Notes: generated from the sequence alone by a model not told the origin. A DNA stretch of 64,000 bases from Dendrobates tinctorius (GCF_039654945.1 NW_027361688.1:2480001-2544000); one strand, 5' to 3'; numbered from the stretch's first letter, positions 49,572 to 62,625 are shown. Program-made: numbers and translations.

Positions 49572-50594
49572 TGTAACACCTGCACAGGGAACTGTCAGAG
49601 CAGCTACCGGCATACTGGAGCTTAGAGACACTAAGAAGAGTTTTACAGCTGCTGTTAAACAGGGACCTACAGACATTAACCGTTTTTCCCCTGAGCGGCA
49701 GTGGACTACAATTCCCAGGGACCTTTGTTTCAGTCAGATGACACGGCCTGGAAGGATAGAAGGAGAGAGAGTGGATTGGAGGAGGGACTTGGGGAGGGAG
49801 GTGGGTAGGAAGTGAAAGTAAATGTTCAGAGGAAAAGGAGAGTGGCAACTTGCGGTGAGAGACGAAGCGGTGTGGATCTGCATTCCTCTACGCTGCAGAG
49901 TGTGGCGGCCTCCGCTGAGATACCCGCGCTGCTGGAGAGAGCGCGGTTCTGTCAACCTTTGAGGCAATTAACATCAAAGACCCGGAGAGTTCTGCCGGCA
50001 CTCCCACCGCATAAAGGCCTGAATCCTGCCGCCCCCAGCTGGTGTCCAAAGGACCCTCCGACAATTTGAGACACACAGTGAGTGCCCTTCTGAGACTTGT
50101 GGTTCTACCCGCGCTATTTACAGTGAGTACACTACAACCCAGACTATTGACAGTAATATTCATCTAAGTGCACCAACGGTTCTAATTTGCGCACCAACAT
50201 CCGCGGCAACTGGGCCCCAACGCTTGGACTGAGTTAATACAAAAGAGGGGGAACCTGCTCCGTTATATTTGCAGGGTCCGGAGTAGAAGTAGACTGTGAT
50301 GTGTATATGACTTTTATAGAGCACCATTACTTGTATTGTATGTTATTCCTTTAAACCCACCTCGATTCTACTGTATAGCAATAAACCTGTTAAACGGTTT
50401 TACTCCTGTTCCCTGAGTGTGTACCGAGCTGTGGCAGGGGTTTCCCGAATCAGCCCCTGGCAGAAGATAACTGTCCTTCTGCAGTCCCAGAGAGAGAGCT
50501 CCAATCAAGATTCGGGTGGAGGCACAGCGCCCTAGAGAGGCGAGACCCCCCCATAACACCCAGTGTAACGTGGTAGCCCTAAAGGGGTGTTACA
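49572..50594. mobile_element. Solo LTR (Gypsy-like), 1023 bp
   Basis: Termini tgtaacacc / ggtgttaca; perfect 4-bp TSD taca; AATAAA at ~50380. Confidence 0.8.
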
Positions 50595-51059
50595 TACATA
50601 TTATATTTCTTACTATTTACGTGCAGATGGTGATTAGAGAGCCGTGTCTGTCTGTAACTGCTGTACAGGAGCAGGCGGCTTCTTCTCATTTATTGTTACA
50701 GCATATAACACAGCATTGCCCATCACTGACTATATCTGACCTTATGATGGGATATATTCCAGTATCAACCTGTTGTATACCTTGGCTGCAAACTCTAACT
50801 TATATGTACATACATGGTGTTTCATCCTCACTTATACAACATCTTATACGTTTCAGGAACGGAGCTTAAAAAAATGGCTGTGGGGGTGAAGAATTCCCAG
50901 AATTAGTGTTTAGTGAAAGATACCTACTTTTTCAATTAAACTTCACAATAAGCTGTCATGTGGATACACTGTTACTGGTCATTATATGTATCTATTCAAT
51001 ACATAAAGCAGTTTTTTGTTTTCCCTTTTAAGTGGGTCCTTGAAGTTACTTATAATTTG

Positions 51060-53440
51060 GTCAGTAGGGGTAACCATCTCAGGTATGGACCACTGGTTTG
51101 GAGGTGTGTCCATCACAGTATGACCCACTGGTATGGAGGGGTAACCAGGTATGGCCCCCTGGGGTGGTGGGGTAACCATCTCGGGTATGGCCCCCTGGTA
51201 TGGAGGGGTAAGCATCTCGGGTATAGCCCCCTGGTTTGGAGGTGTCCATCACAGTATTACACCCTGGTATGGAGGGGTAACCATCTCGGGTATGGACCCC
51301 TGGTTTGGAGGGGTGTCCATCACAGTATTACACCCTGGTATGGAGGGGTAACCATCTCGGGTATGGACCCCTGGTTTGGAGGGGTGTCCATCACAGTATT
51401 ACACCCTGGTATGGAGGGGTAACCATCTCTGGTATGGCCCCCTGGTTTGGAGGGGTGTCCATCACAGTATTACACCCTGGTATGGAGGGGTAACCATCTC
51501 GGGTATGGCCCCCTGGTTTGGAGGGGTGTCCATCACAGTATTACACCCTGGTATGGAGGGGTAAGCATCTAGGGTATGGTCCCCTGGTGTGGAGGGGTAA
51601 CCATCTCGGGTATGGCCCCCTGGTGTGAGGGGTAACTATCTCAGTTATGGCCCAATGGTGTGGAGGGGTAACTATGTCAGGTATGGACCCCTGGTGTGTA
51701 GGGATAACCATCAAGTATGACCCCCCTGGTGTGGAGGGATAACCATGTCAGGTTTGGCCCCCTGGTGAGGAGGGGTAACCATCTCTTGCATGACCCCCTG
51801 GTTTGGAGGGGTGTCCATCACAGTATTACACCCTGGTATGGAGGGGTAACCATCTCGGGTATGGCCCCCTGGTTTGGAGGGGTGTCCATCACAGTATTAC
51901 ACCCTGGTATGGAGGGGTAACCATCTCGGGTATGGCCCCCTGGTTTGGAGGGGTGTCCATCACAGTATTACACCCTGGTATGGAGGGGTAACCATCTCGG
52001 GTATGGCCCCCTGGTTTGGAGGGGTGTCCATCACAGTATTACACCCTGGTATGGAGGGGTAACCATCTCGGGTATGGCCCCCTGGTTTGGAGGGGTGTCC
52101 ATCACAGTATTACACCCTGGTATGGAGGGGTAAGCATCTAGGGTATGGTCCCCTGGTGTGGAGGGGTAACCATCTCGGGTATGGCCCCCTGGTGTGGAGG
52201 GGTAACCATCTCAGTTATGGCCCAATGGTGTGGAGGGGTAACTATGTCAGGTATGGACCCCTGGTGTGTAGGGATAACCATCAAGTATGACCCCCCTGGT
52301 GTGGAGGGATAACCATGTCAGGTTTGGCCCCCTGGTGTGGAGGGGTAACCATCTCTTGCATGACCCCCTGGTTTGGAGGGGTGTCCATCACAGTATTACA
52401 CCCTGGTATGGCGGGGTAACCATCTCGGGTATGGCCCCCTGGTTTGGAGGGGTGTCCATCACAGTATTACACCCTGGTATGGAGGGGTAACCATCTCGGG
52501 TATGGCCCCCTGGTTTGGAGGGGTGTCCATCACAGTATTAAACCCTGGTATGGAGGGGTAACCATCTCGGGTATGGCCCCCTGGTTTGGAGGGGTGTCCA
52601 TCACAGTATTACACCCTGGTATGGAGGGGTAACCATCTCGGGTATGGCCCCCTGGTTTGGAGGGGTGTCCATCACAGTATTACACCCTGGTATGGAGGGG
52701 TAAGCATCTACGGTATGGTCCCCTGGTGTGGAGGGGTAACCATCTCGGGTATGGCCCCCTGGTGTGGAGGGGTAACCATCTCAGTTATGGCCCAATGGTG
52801 TGGAGGGGTAACTATGTCAGGTATGGACCCCTGGTGTGTAGGGATAACCATCAAGTATGACCTCCCTGGTGTGGAGGGATAACCATCTCAGGTATGGCAC
52901 CCTTGTGAGGAGGGGTAACCATCTCAGGTATGATCCCTGGTGTGAAGGGGTAACCATCTCGAGTAATGCCCCTGGTGTGAAGGGGTAACCATCTTGGCTA
53001 TGGCCCCCTGGTGTGGAGGGGTAACCATCTCAGGTATGGCCCAATGGTGTGGAGGGGTACCCATATTAGGTATGAACCCCTGGTGTGGAGGGATAACCAT
53101 CTCAAATATGGCCCCCAGTTGTGGAGGGAGAACCATCTCAGGTATGGCCCCTAGGTGTGTAGGGGTAACCATCTCTTGCATGACCTCCTGGTGTGGAGGG
53201 ATAACCATCTCGGGTATGGCCCCCTGGTGTGGAGGGGTAACCATCTCCTGCATGACCCCCTGGTGAGGAGGCGTAACCATCTCAGGTATGGCCCCTGGTG
53301 TGAAGGGGTAACCATCTCGAGTAATGCCCCTGGTGTGAATGGGCAACCATCTTAGGTATGGCCCCCTAGTGTGGAGAGGTAACCATCTCAGGTATGGCTG
53401 CCTGGTATGGAGGGGTGACCATCACGGTATGGCCCCCTGG
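51060..53440. repeat. G-rich minisatellite: 35/36-bp monomers, 71-bp dimer, 570-bp higher-order repeat
   Basis: Units ggaggggtaaccatctcgggtatggccccctggttt and ggaggggtgtccatcacagtattacaccctggtat; the variant aagcatct recurs at ~51563, 52132 and 52702. Confidence 0.97.
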
Positions 53441-54493
53441 TCTGCAGAAGCATTTATATCTTATAAGACCATTAGGGTAAAGTCCCTGGGGTCATGGCAA
53501 TATTTTGTATGCCTTCAGAATAAATTGACTCCTCCGAGCCAGGAACAGCAGCTGGAGGGGAGAAGAAAAAAAGGTAGGCATACTTTTCAATCTGTAGCTT
53601 CAAGGACCCTCTTTTTTCATGTGACTTGAGAATGCTGAGGGAACGGATTTTGACTGTTTATATTGACCAACTATTTCTTTCAAGGTTGTCGTCTGGACAA
53701 TGCAGTAATCTAGTGCATTAAACTGAAGAGCAAAGTATCTATTCCCGATGTGCTCGGAAGGAGCAGCTAAGGGTAAAGTAATGAAGTGCAGTAACACAAA
53801 GGACAATATGCCTATTTCAGGTACCCTTAAGCCAGTGGGAGTGGTTAACGGTAAATGTCATCAAGTGTCTGAAAAACAATTAACAATGGCATGGCAGGGT
53901 TATTAATAAAGAATTCGAAGACTTGGCAGCCCTGCCAGTGTGCACATGGGCAATGTTTGCTCCCAGGAAGGTGCGGAGGCGGGACAAAGCAGGAGGAATC
54001 TCAATTATTCTTACAGCATTTGTTATAAATTAGTGCTTAGTAATAGTGTAAGATTTGTCACCAGTTTTATTCAAAAGTAATTTGTGTCAGCAAAATGGCC
54101 CCAAATCCTATACCCTGGGTGCTGCTGATATATCCAGGTTGTCTGCCCCCTGTGCCATGCTCCTAAATGCGGAAACACTGCGTTTTTCCACAATTTGTCT
54201 TTAATATATATATTTTTTGTTGTTAACAATCTGCTCCCATTATTGGGTCTTTGCTGTATTTTTTAGGTTTCCCAGTGTATATATTTTTGGTGTAAATTTA
54301 ATGCTGGGATTCTTCACTCTAAGCACCACTTTGTGTTTTTTTCTTTGGGGGGATGCCCTGTAGTGGTGCTTCTAACCTAAGGTCCCTGCCCTGCTCCTAT
54401 ACTCCCTGCTGCCGTCTTCACCTTTTATCGGCACCATCTTGTGACTGCAACTTCTGTCTGTAGGAAGTCAGAAGTAACAGAAACACGCTATCA

Positions 54494-54648
54494 GGCTACG
54501 TTCACACGTTCAGTATTTTACATCAGTATTTGTAAGGCAAAACCAGGAGTGGAACAATCAGAGGAAAAGTATAATAGAAACACATCACCACTTCTGGATT
54601 TCTCACCCACTCCTGATTTGGACCAAATACTGAATGTGTGAATGTGAC
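54494..54648. mobile_element. Small MITE, abutted by the left end of another MITE at 54653
   Basis: ggctacgttcacacgttcagtattt / aaatactgaatgtgtgaatgtgac. Confidence 0.7.
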
Positions 54649-55067
54649 TTTAGGCTGGTTTCACGCATCCTGATATTTCCTGTACCGGAAAAAACGGTAC
54701 TGGAGATATCCATGTCCATGTGTGTAATGCGTGTGGCAATTGTGTGCCGTACCAGTACCACATGGACATGAAGCGCTACAGTAAGAACTGTTCCCTGGCC
54801 AGGGGCGCACATAAAATGAAGCAAGTTGATCACTTCACCTCAGGTGGCATTGAGTCCCTGAAGACAAGTGTAAAGATCGATGTTTCAAATAGATTCCTAT
54901 TTAAAAGTACATGTATTTTACATGTGCGTCAGGTTAGGCTAGTAAAGAGTAAACCAGATTTATTTGTACTGATTTTGCTATGGGGGGGGCGCCATTTTGC
55001 AGTTCGCAGCAGATGGCAGAGAGGCTAGGTCCACCCCTGCTCCTGCTCTATCCTATAGGCCAAATTC

Positions 55068-56826
55068 TCACTTTGACATCTTTACAGAACCTTCCCATAC
55101 CCATAACACAGCATGAAGGGGCTCGGAGAAGGTGGAGGTGAAGGTGTGTAAGTGTCTGATGGGGTCACACAACTCATAAAAGGACAACTGCCCGGCCTCA
55201 TAATCCAGACATATCCTGACTCCATCACTGGAGATTTGGTGAGGAAACGGGATCTCATTACTGTCATGTATCACTGAACACTGTATATTATTCACCAGCC
55301 CTTTACATAAATCCCAGGACTTGTTATTATTTCCAATGTATGACTGCCACCCCATCCAGTCTATACTGGGGTAACACATCCCCACCCTCCAATCTTCTGA
55401 CCCACTGATCTCCACATCCCAGTAATGTCGTCCTGAGGTAAATCTCACCTGATAATAACTCTGGAATCTCTGATGTTTCTGGACGATTCTGTGCTATTTT
55501 TGTCCAGGTCGCAGTTTTCAGGTCGTCTGATATAAGGAGATATTTATGAGCCGTATTTACATCCAGTAATATGTCTGCCAGATCCTTCACATGAATCCCT
55601 TCGGTTCCTGCAGCGATTACCCTTCTTTCACAAACCGCAGTCATGACTTCTACATCATCACGTTCTTGTTTTATACCTGATGTAAGTGAATATTTCACGT
55701 GACTGCAAAAAATTGGGGTACTAGAGGCACGTGTCATCACTTTTTTGCGTTTTTCGGGTACAAACGTCTGTAAATAAGTCATTACATTAGAGAAACCTGT
55801 ATGTAACATTCCTGTAATTATATTCACATCTACATCATGTGTCTTATGTCCTCCTGTGGTCTCATCACCGTCATCGTGTTCTACTGTTGCCTCATCACCT
55901 CCATTGTGTCCTCCTGTGGCCTCATCACCTCCATCACACAAGTCACCGGTGTCTGAATCCTGTAAGAAAGTCAGTGGATTCGTCATGTTACACAGCTCCT
56001 CAATGTGCCTCATCTTCTTGGACAGCTCGTCCTTCTTTACTTCCAGCTTCTTGATCATATCAGTCAATGAACATGACACCTGCTCTTCCTGCCTGGAGAT
56101 CTCACTCAGGACCTTCTTCTCCAGGTCGTCCACCCGTCTCCTGATGTCTATAAACAGGGCAGTGACTCGGCTTCTCCAGATGCTTTTTCTTGAGTTTTTC
56201 TCCTGTTCTCTTTCAGACTCTGGACTCTTTTCTTGGTTTTCTCTTTGTGATCAGTTTCTGCAGAACATTTCTCAGATTTTTTTTTCTTCATTTCAGAGGC
56301 CTCATCCAGCATCTCCACCCGGTGTCCCTGATGTTCTCCGGCCAAACTGCAGGACACACAGATGCAAGCAGAATCATCAGTGCAATAGTACTCTATGGAT
56401 GGAGCATTTCCTGTTTTCTAAGGAAATGCTAGGATCAGTGAGGACGTGTTCTGGTCCTTCGCTGTGAACTCTCAGGTGATTATCACACACAGAAGCCTCG
56501 CAGTATAGACAGGATCTAACAGCAGGTACAGGAGAGTGAATACAATAAGTGCAGCAGATCCCGGTGATCTCCTCCTCATGTGACCGAGTATTTAGGACAT
56601 TTTACACTAAATTACACAGAGCTATATTCCTCATCAGTGCCGGCCGCTTCTGAAACTCTTCTCTGCATTCAGGACAGGAATAAACTCCAGACCCGTCCGG
56701 TGTATCCAGCACACGATCAGTACAGACCCGGCAGAAGTTGTGTCCACATCTCAGGGTTACAGGATCTGTATAAGTGCTCAGGCAGATGGAGCAGTCCATC
56801 TCGTGTCTCAGATCAGCAGACGCCAT
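55068..56826 (-). pseudogene. TRIM gene copy E, full-length but disrupted (long-linker type)
   Basis: ATG at 56826 and intact RING, then TAA at 56602-56604 (GAA in copy D). Further small deletions and frameshifts near 56390, 56280, 56165 and 55445-55470. SPRY piece in ORF 55068-55448 ends VKMSK*. Confidence 0.9.
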
Positions 56827-57489
56827 TGCTTCAGGATTTACAGGAAAGCAAACTGAAGGCGTATTTATAAGGTGTGTTCCCCCCAAAAATGACATTGCAC
56901 ATCCTAAGGATGAAAATTAATAACCCTATGATCTGCCAGATGAGAGCAAGTGTCATGTCTATGATTTATATTTATGGTGAAGAAGCTGAAGTTTCCATTT
57001 TACATTCTGTCTACTGTAATAGACAGAAGCTGCACTGTTGGTTTAGAATCATCCAGCAACTATAGGGGTTAAAATGCTTATAGCAGACAGAGAGCGTTGT
57101 CTCAGCCTCAGGGGATACTGGTAAAATTATTATTTAGTCCTGGACATCCAAGATTAAGGTGCGTGCTGGAGATTCTTCTGTCAGACTGAGATCAGACAAG
57201 CTGTATAGACAAGTTCTTCCTGGGAAGCAAATGCTGTAATCATAAAAGCAGTCAGGACAGCCAGGAGCATCTTTATTACCTCAAGATAGAAGTGAGAGCT
57301 ATAGCACCGGACTCATCCCCCTACCCCCAACCTCACTGCATGAGCAATGTACAGTTCTGCTTAGGTCAAAACACTTATCTGTGAAGAGACTTTTATATAT
57401 GTTGATGAAGCATTGCATGAAGAGAAGTTAACAAAAAATGAAGCTGCACTCTGTAGTGCTAAAGCCTGTAAATACATTAGGTACAGAAA

Positions 57490-57775
57490 GTGTGAAAAAC
57501 TTCATTCCCAAGAAGACTCATGGCTGTACTAGCTCAAAAGGGTGCTTATACTCAATACAGAGCAAAGGGTCTGCATACTTATGACCATGTGATATTTCAG
57601 TTTTTCTTTTTTAATAAATTTGCAAAAAATCTACATTTCTGTTTTTTTTCGGTCAAGATGGGGTGCAGAGTGTACATTAATGAGAAAAAATGAACTTTTT
57701 TGAATTTGCCAAATGGCTGCGATGAAACAAAGAGTGAAAAATTTATAGGGCTCTGAATACTTTCCGTACCCACTA
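57490..57775 (+). mobile_element. 3' fragment of the Tc1 #2 family (transposase C-terminus plus TIR)
   Basis: Matches the reverse complement of 29204-29470 (aagactcatggctgtactagctcaaaagg..., tctgaatactttccgtacccact). Confidence 0.85.
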
Positions 57776-57887
57776 TGCACTGCTATATAAATTCGCTAGT
57801 TGATTTGCACTTTGCAGGGAAATTTAATTTATCATAAAGTTATTAGAAGCCAATTGAATGTTCCTTGATTTGCTCTGTGGGTCTGTT

Positions 57888-58140
57888 CAGGTTTGGACTG
57901 GCCATGGGAGAACAGGAGAATCCTCGGGTGAGCCACCACCCTCTTCTATGAGCAGCACTTTGTACTACATATTTGAATTACTATGTGTAGACAAAGGCGG
58001 CATCTTATTCATTTAAAAATTTACCCAGCTCATTGTTATATAAAATTGTGCTTGAGGATAATGTTGCATTTGCATGTATTTGAAAAGTGGGGCCTTAGGG
58101 TTGGCTACTGGTGGGTCCATGGCACCCCATTCCGACACTG
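57888..58140. mobile_element. Old hAT-type MITE
   Basis: Ends caggtttggactgg / ccattccgacactg resemble those of the 25934 element; degenerate 8-bp flanks ggtctgtt / gatccgtc. Confidence 0.45.
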
Positions 58141-58224
58141 GATCCGTCCATAACCCAGACCATAATAAAAATAAGGTGTAAAAATAAAATTGACACTCAC
58201 CTTGTGTAGAATCACGGGGGTTCA

Positions 58225-59474
58225 GCGGATGACACATTGATGGTGAAAAAGGACAAGCGGATGACACATTGATGGTAAACAAGGACATATGGATGGTAAA
58301 AAAGGACACACGGATGACACACTGATGGTAAAAATAAGACAATCAGATGACAACACTGGTGGTAAAAAAAGGACACACAGATGACACACACTGATGGTAA
58401 AAAAAGGACACACGGATGACACACTGATGGTAAAAATAAAACAAGCGGGTGACAACACTGGTGGTAAAAAAGGACACACGGATGACACACTGATAGTAAA
58501 AAAGGACACACGGATGACACACTGATGGTAAAAAAGGACACACGGAGGACACTCATGGTAAAAAAGGACACACGGAGGACACTCATGGTAAAAAAGGACA
58601 CGTGCATGACACGGATGGTAAAAAAGGACACGTGGATGACACGGATGGTAAAAAAGGACACGTGGATGACACGGATGGTAAAAAAGGACACGTGGATGAC
58701 ACTGATGGTAAAAAAGGACACACGGATGACACACTGATGGTAAAAAAGGACACGTGGATGACACTGATGGTAAAAAAGGACACATGGATGACACAGATGG
58801 TAAAAAAGGACACATGGATGACACTGATGGTAAAAAAAGGACACACGGATGACACACTCATGGTAAAAAAGAACAAGCGGATGACACACTGATGGTAAAG
58901 AAAGGACACGTGGATGACACTAATGGTAAAAATAAAACAAGCGGGTGACAACATTGGTGATAAAAAAAGACACACGGATGACACACTGATGGTAAAAAAG
59001 GACACACGGATGACACACTGATGGTAAAAAAGGACACACGGATGACACTCATGGTAAAAAAGGACACATGGATGACACACTCATGGTAAAAAAAGAACAA
59101 GCGGATGACACACTGATGGTAAAAAAGGACACGTGGATGACACTGATGGTAAAAAAGGATACGTGAATGACACACTGTTGGTAAAAAAAAGGACACGTGG
59201 ATGATACACTGATGGTAAAAAAGGATACAAGGATGACACACTGATGGTAAAAAAGACAAGCAGATGACACTGATGGTAAAAAAAAGACAGACGGATGACA
59301 TACTCATGGTAAAAAAGGACACGTGGATGACACACTGATGGTAAAAAAAGTCAAGCGGATGACACAGTGATGGTAAAAAAAGAACACATGGATGTCACAG
59401 TGATGGTAAAAACCACTGATGACATCAGTATTATTTTTTATGAACGTGTATAAATATGGAGTGTGAATGAGGCC
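58225..59474. repeat. ~30-33 bp minisatellite (gatgacacactgatggtaaaaaaggacacacg) inside a truncated MITE
   Basis: Tandem array 58225-59425 followed by a MITE-type end gtgtgaatgaggcc|tta. Confidence 0.9.
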
Positions 59475-60105
59475 TTAGCGCTTACAGAGGCTGTATTTTA
59501 TTGTTTCTATGTCACCTGGAGACAAAAACTTAAAAATGTACAGAGCACAGATGAGGAAGAGGCCCCTACTGATGAACAATACTTCAGCCGCTTTCCCCAT
59601 GACATTCTTGTAAGACACATCTTCGTTCTTAGTTCTTGATATTTCCCTCTTGGCGATGACTTTGTAGTTAGGTCACACAGGTGCTGAACATTCATGTGTG
59701 CCTCCTATTGTTGTTATTGGCAGGCTCTGATTTGTACTGTTATTGTCACCATGGGTGCTACTATTATTGAGATATTTGGGAATCCAAACAACCCTTAGGA
59801 TAATGGGGAAAAAAAGGGGAACAACGCCGTGCACGATCTAAGTGCAGTAGAAACTAGGTGTAAATTGCACACTTATAGAATTGCTCTCACCTAGTCAAAG
59901 GCGAAAATTTAGCATTGATAGGGGATCCAACAAGAATCCAAGGGGAACGGTCTGCAGCTCGGCTGACTGGGCACACGGAAAAGGCCCTCAGACATCCGTG
60001 GTAAAACAATAGCTAGGAAAATCCCAGTATGTAGCCGGCGCTCCCGTATAGAGATTCTCATAGATGTTATATATAAATATGTGCTTTATTTATTATTTTT
60101 TTAAT

Positions 60106-60149
60106 GACCTGAAGAAGACTCCAGGGTGTAGGAGTCGAAACGTGTTGTC
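60106..60149 (+). ncRNA. Minimal type I hammerhead ribozyme motif (Penelope-like element terminal repeat)
   Basis: gac-CTGAAGA-a-gactcc(agggtgta)ggagtc-GAAA-cgtgtt-gtc: core boxes, 6-bp stem II, near-palindromic stem III and gac/gtc stem I; AATAAA ~20 nt downstream. Confidence 0.7.
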
Positions 60150-60667
60150 CTGTAATTTTTTATTATCTCAATAAAGCAGGTATTTATATGCCGTATAACA
60201 TCTATGAGAATATAAGGCAGCGCTGGCTACATACTGATATTTTACTGAGATATTTGTGATATTTTGGCCATCGGGTAGATACTGTTGGTTGTAGTGGTAT
60301 GGGGCAAGGTGATCATGGTTCTTCCTGTTATCGGAGCTCTTACTGGTTGTGCTGTTGTGGCGCTGGATGGAAGCCATGAGTGAGGCACGTTACATGAAGG
60401 TGACTGGGTGTGTGGACCAGTGGTGTGAGGGGGCTATGCCAGTGCAAGCCACATGTAACCATTGTTGTTGGTCTGCCAGGACCAGATGTTTCACAGTTTA
60501 ATGAGGGAGACTACAAGTCAGAAATAGACTCTTTACTGAATGGTAACTTGATAAGGGTTATATACAGGGAATAGCGGGTGTGAAATCCTATGAACATTTT
60601 TGCTTCACAACTCAATGCGTTCTCCACACAGTATCCTTCCTTAGTAGTTTTCTCCAGGGATGTCTAA

Positions 60668-61165
60668 GGCTGGTTTCACATGCGCGCTTTTTAAGCGCAC
60701 GCACGGCCGGGGGTAGCTCCGCCCCCGAGCCGGCTCTCTGCCCGGCGTGCCCGCCCCTTCCTTGTAGCGCCGCCTCCTAGCGCACAGCGGCGCCTGCGAT
60801 CGGCGCACCCTATCTTTAGCATAGGGTGCGCAGATCGTGCGCAGGCCGTGCGCTAGTTGCGCTTTGACCTGCGCTGTGCACTTTTGACGGTGCGCCGTGC
60901 GCGCCAAAATCAAACTTTTCGGATTTTGGCGCGCACGGCGCACCGTCAAAAGTGCGCAGCGCAGGTCAAAGCGCAACTAGCGCACGGCCTGCGCACGATC
61001 TGCGCACCCTATGCTAAAGATAGGGTGCGCCGATCGCAGGCGCCGCTGTGCGCTAGGAGGCGGCGCTACAAGGAAGGGGCGGGCACGCCGGGCAGAGAGC
61101 CGGCTCGGGGGCGGAGCTACCCCCGGCCGTGCGTGCGCTTAAAAAGCGCGAATGTGAAACCAGCC
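60668..61165. mobile_element. Young near-perfect 498-bp palindromic MITE
   Basis: ~240-bp arms with only a few mismatches, CpG-rich; TAA / TAT flanks; ggctggtttcacat termini. Confidence 0.93.
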
Positions 61166-61443
61166 TATGTCCACTGTTTCTCCCTACTTCACAACAATTC
61201 AGCTTTAGAACAAGTGTCCTTTACTTGTTCTGTGGTTCCATGTCCTCTGCTTGACCCATAATAATAACCTTGGTCAGGTACCACCATATATATTCTTTAG
61301 ACATCTGCATTAATAGATAGGATAATGTATAAGTGGACACTTTCTTCAGGCACCAAGATCTCAGATCACCATTTACCCTCACAATTCTATTTATTTGGCC
61401 ACTAAATGAACAATGTGTGACATCATGTGACCTCTGTTTATAA

Positions 61444-61765
61444 CAGGGATGGGGAACCTCAGGCCCCAGGGCCATTTACGGCCCTCGATGACTTTTTATC
61501 AGGCCCCCGGGCAGATTCTCAGGGACCGTATTCTTGGGCAGGGAGCTGCATTTTGATTGCCACAAACTCATTAATTTCTTCTTGCTCTGTAAGCCACACA
61601 CACTCAGTGTTCAATACTGAACACTGAAGGGCATGCAATGAAAGATTACGTCCTGACACCAGTGCCAGAGTCAGGATGTAATTTGTGGGCGGAGTTTGTA
61701 TGGCCCCCGAAGGATGGTATAAATATCCAAATGGCCCTTGGCAGAAAAAAGATTCCACACCCCTG
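61444..61765. mobile_element. hAT-type MITE
   Basis: cagggatggggaac / gattccacacccctg termini; perfect 8-bp TSD gtttataa. Confidence 0.85.
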
Positions 61766-62103
61766 GTTTATAATAATACCTGACCATCCGCTTACTATTT
61801 ATCGTGAGCCATAAAAAGTAAGATTATGATGAGTGGACGCACATGCCTCTTTTTTAATCTACGAAAGAAATTTAGAAAACACAGAAAATAACAATACAAA
61901 TAATCACACTATTTTATCTCTTTTTCGCTTTCCATCACAAAGGAAAAAAACAAAACATTTTGGACAGGTGATTAGTGCACAGTTTCATTTTGATTAAATT
62001 ATTTCATTACTAGATGACAATTACTAAAGAAATCAAAATCACTATTATCAATACAATATTCATCATTATGAAGTAATTAACCTCACATTTATACCTTTAG
62101 AGC

Positions 62104-62625
62104 CTGGAGTAAATGGGTTAAATCTGTACTGGTGTCGAATGATGATGGAAAAGGAGTCAAAGATCCAGCAATGCGGTTTAATTGTCAATGCGTTTCGAAG
62201 TGTCACTGTCAGGATTCTTCCCATCTGAGTGTCAGGACACAGTTCTGCCATCCTAGTGTAGTATTCTGATCTTTGCTGGTTGACCTTGGATTTCACTTGA
62301 CCATCCATTTTCCCAGCCCTTTTTTTGTGATCCACTACTTTCTTGGAAAAATGATCTCAGACTATTTCCTAACCATGACTTTGTTTCACCCCTCTGTCTA
62401 TGACACACTTTATTGACTTTTGACCTTGAATCTCGACTACTCAGCCTCACGGAATATCCGTGAGCAGTGACCAGCGTCACAAACACAGTTTTTCATGAGG
62501 ACAGTGGTTTGTCCTGATGAAGAAGTGTGACAATTTGAAATGTGTGGACAAACTGCATTCCTGGATTTCCGACTTCTTTTCCATCATCATTCACCGGCAG
62601 CGCCAATTTAACCCTTTTACTCCAA
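62104..62625. mobile_element. Inverted pair of decayed Penelope-like terminal repeats with hammerhead remnants
   Basis: 62104-62245 is a diverged reverse complement of 62500-62625; gtttgtc-CTGATGA...GAAAtgtgt-g-gacaaac at 62507-62553. Confidence 0.6.

Noticed and set aside
51060-53440. CRISPR-like alternation of 36-bp and 35-bp units
   Set aside because: The apparent spacers are identical to one another and related to the repeat; no cas genes; vertebrate context.
58212-59335. Cys/His-rich ORFs resembling zinc fingers
   Set aside because: Translations of a non-coding minisatellite in multiple frames.
60641-61261. Matching ORFs on both strands (MRFDLRCALL...)
   Set aside because: A consequence of the palindromic MITE.
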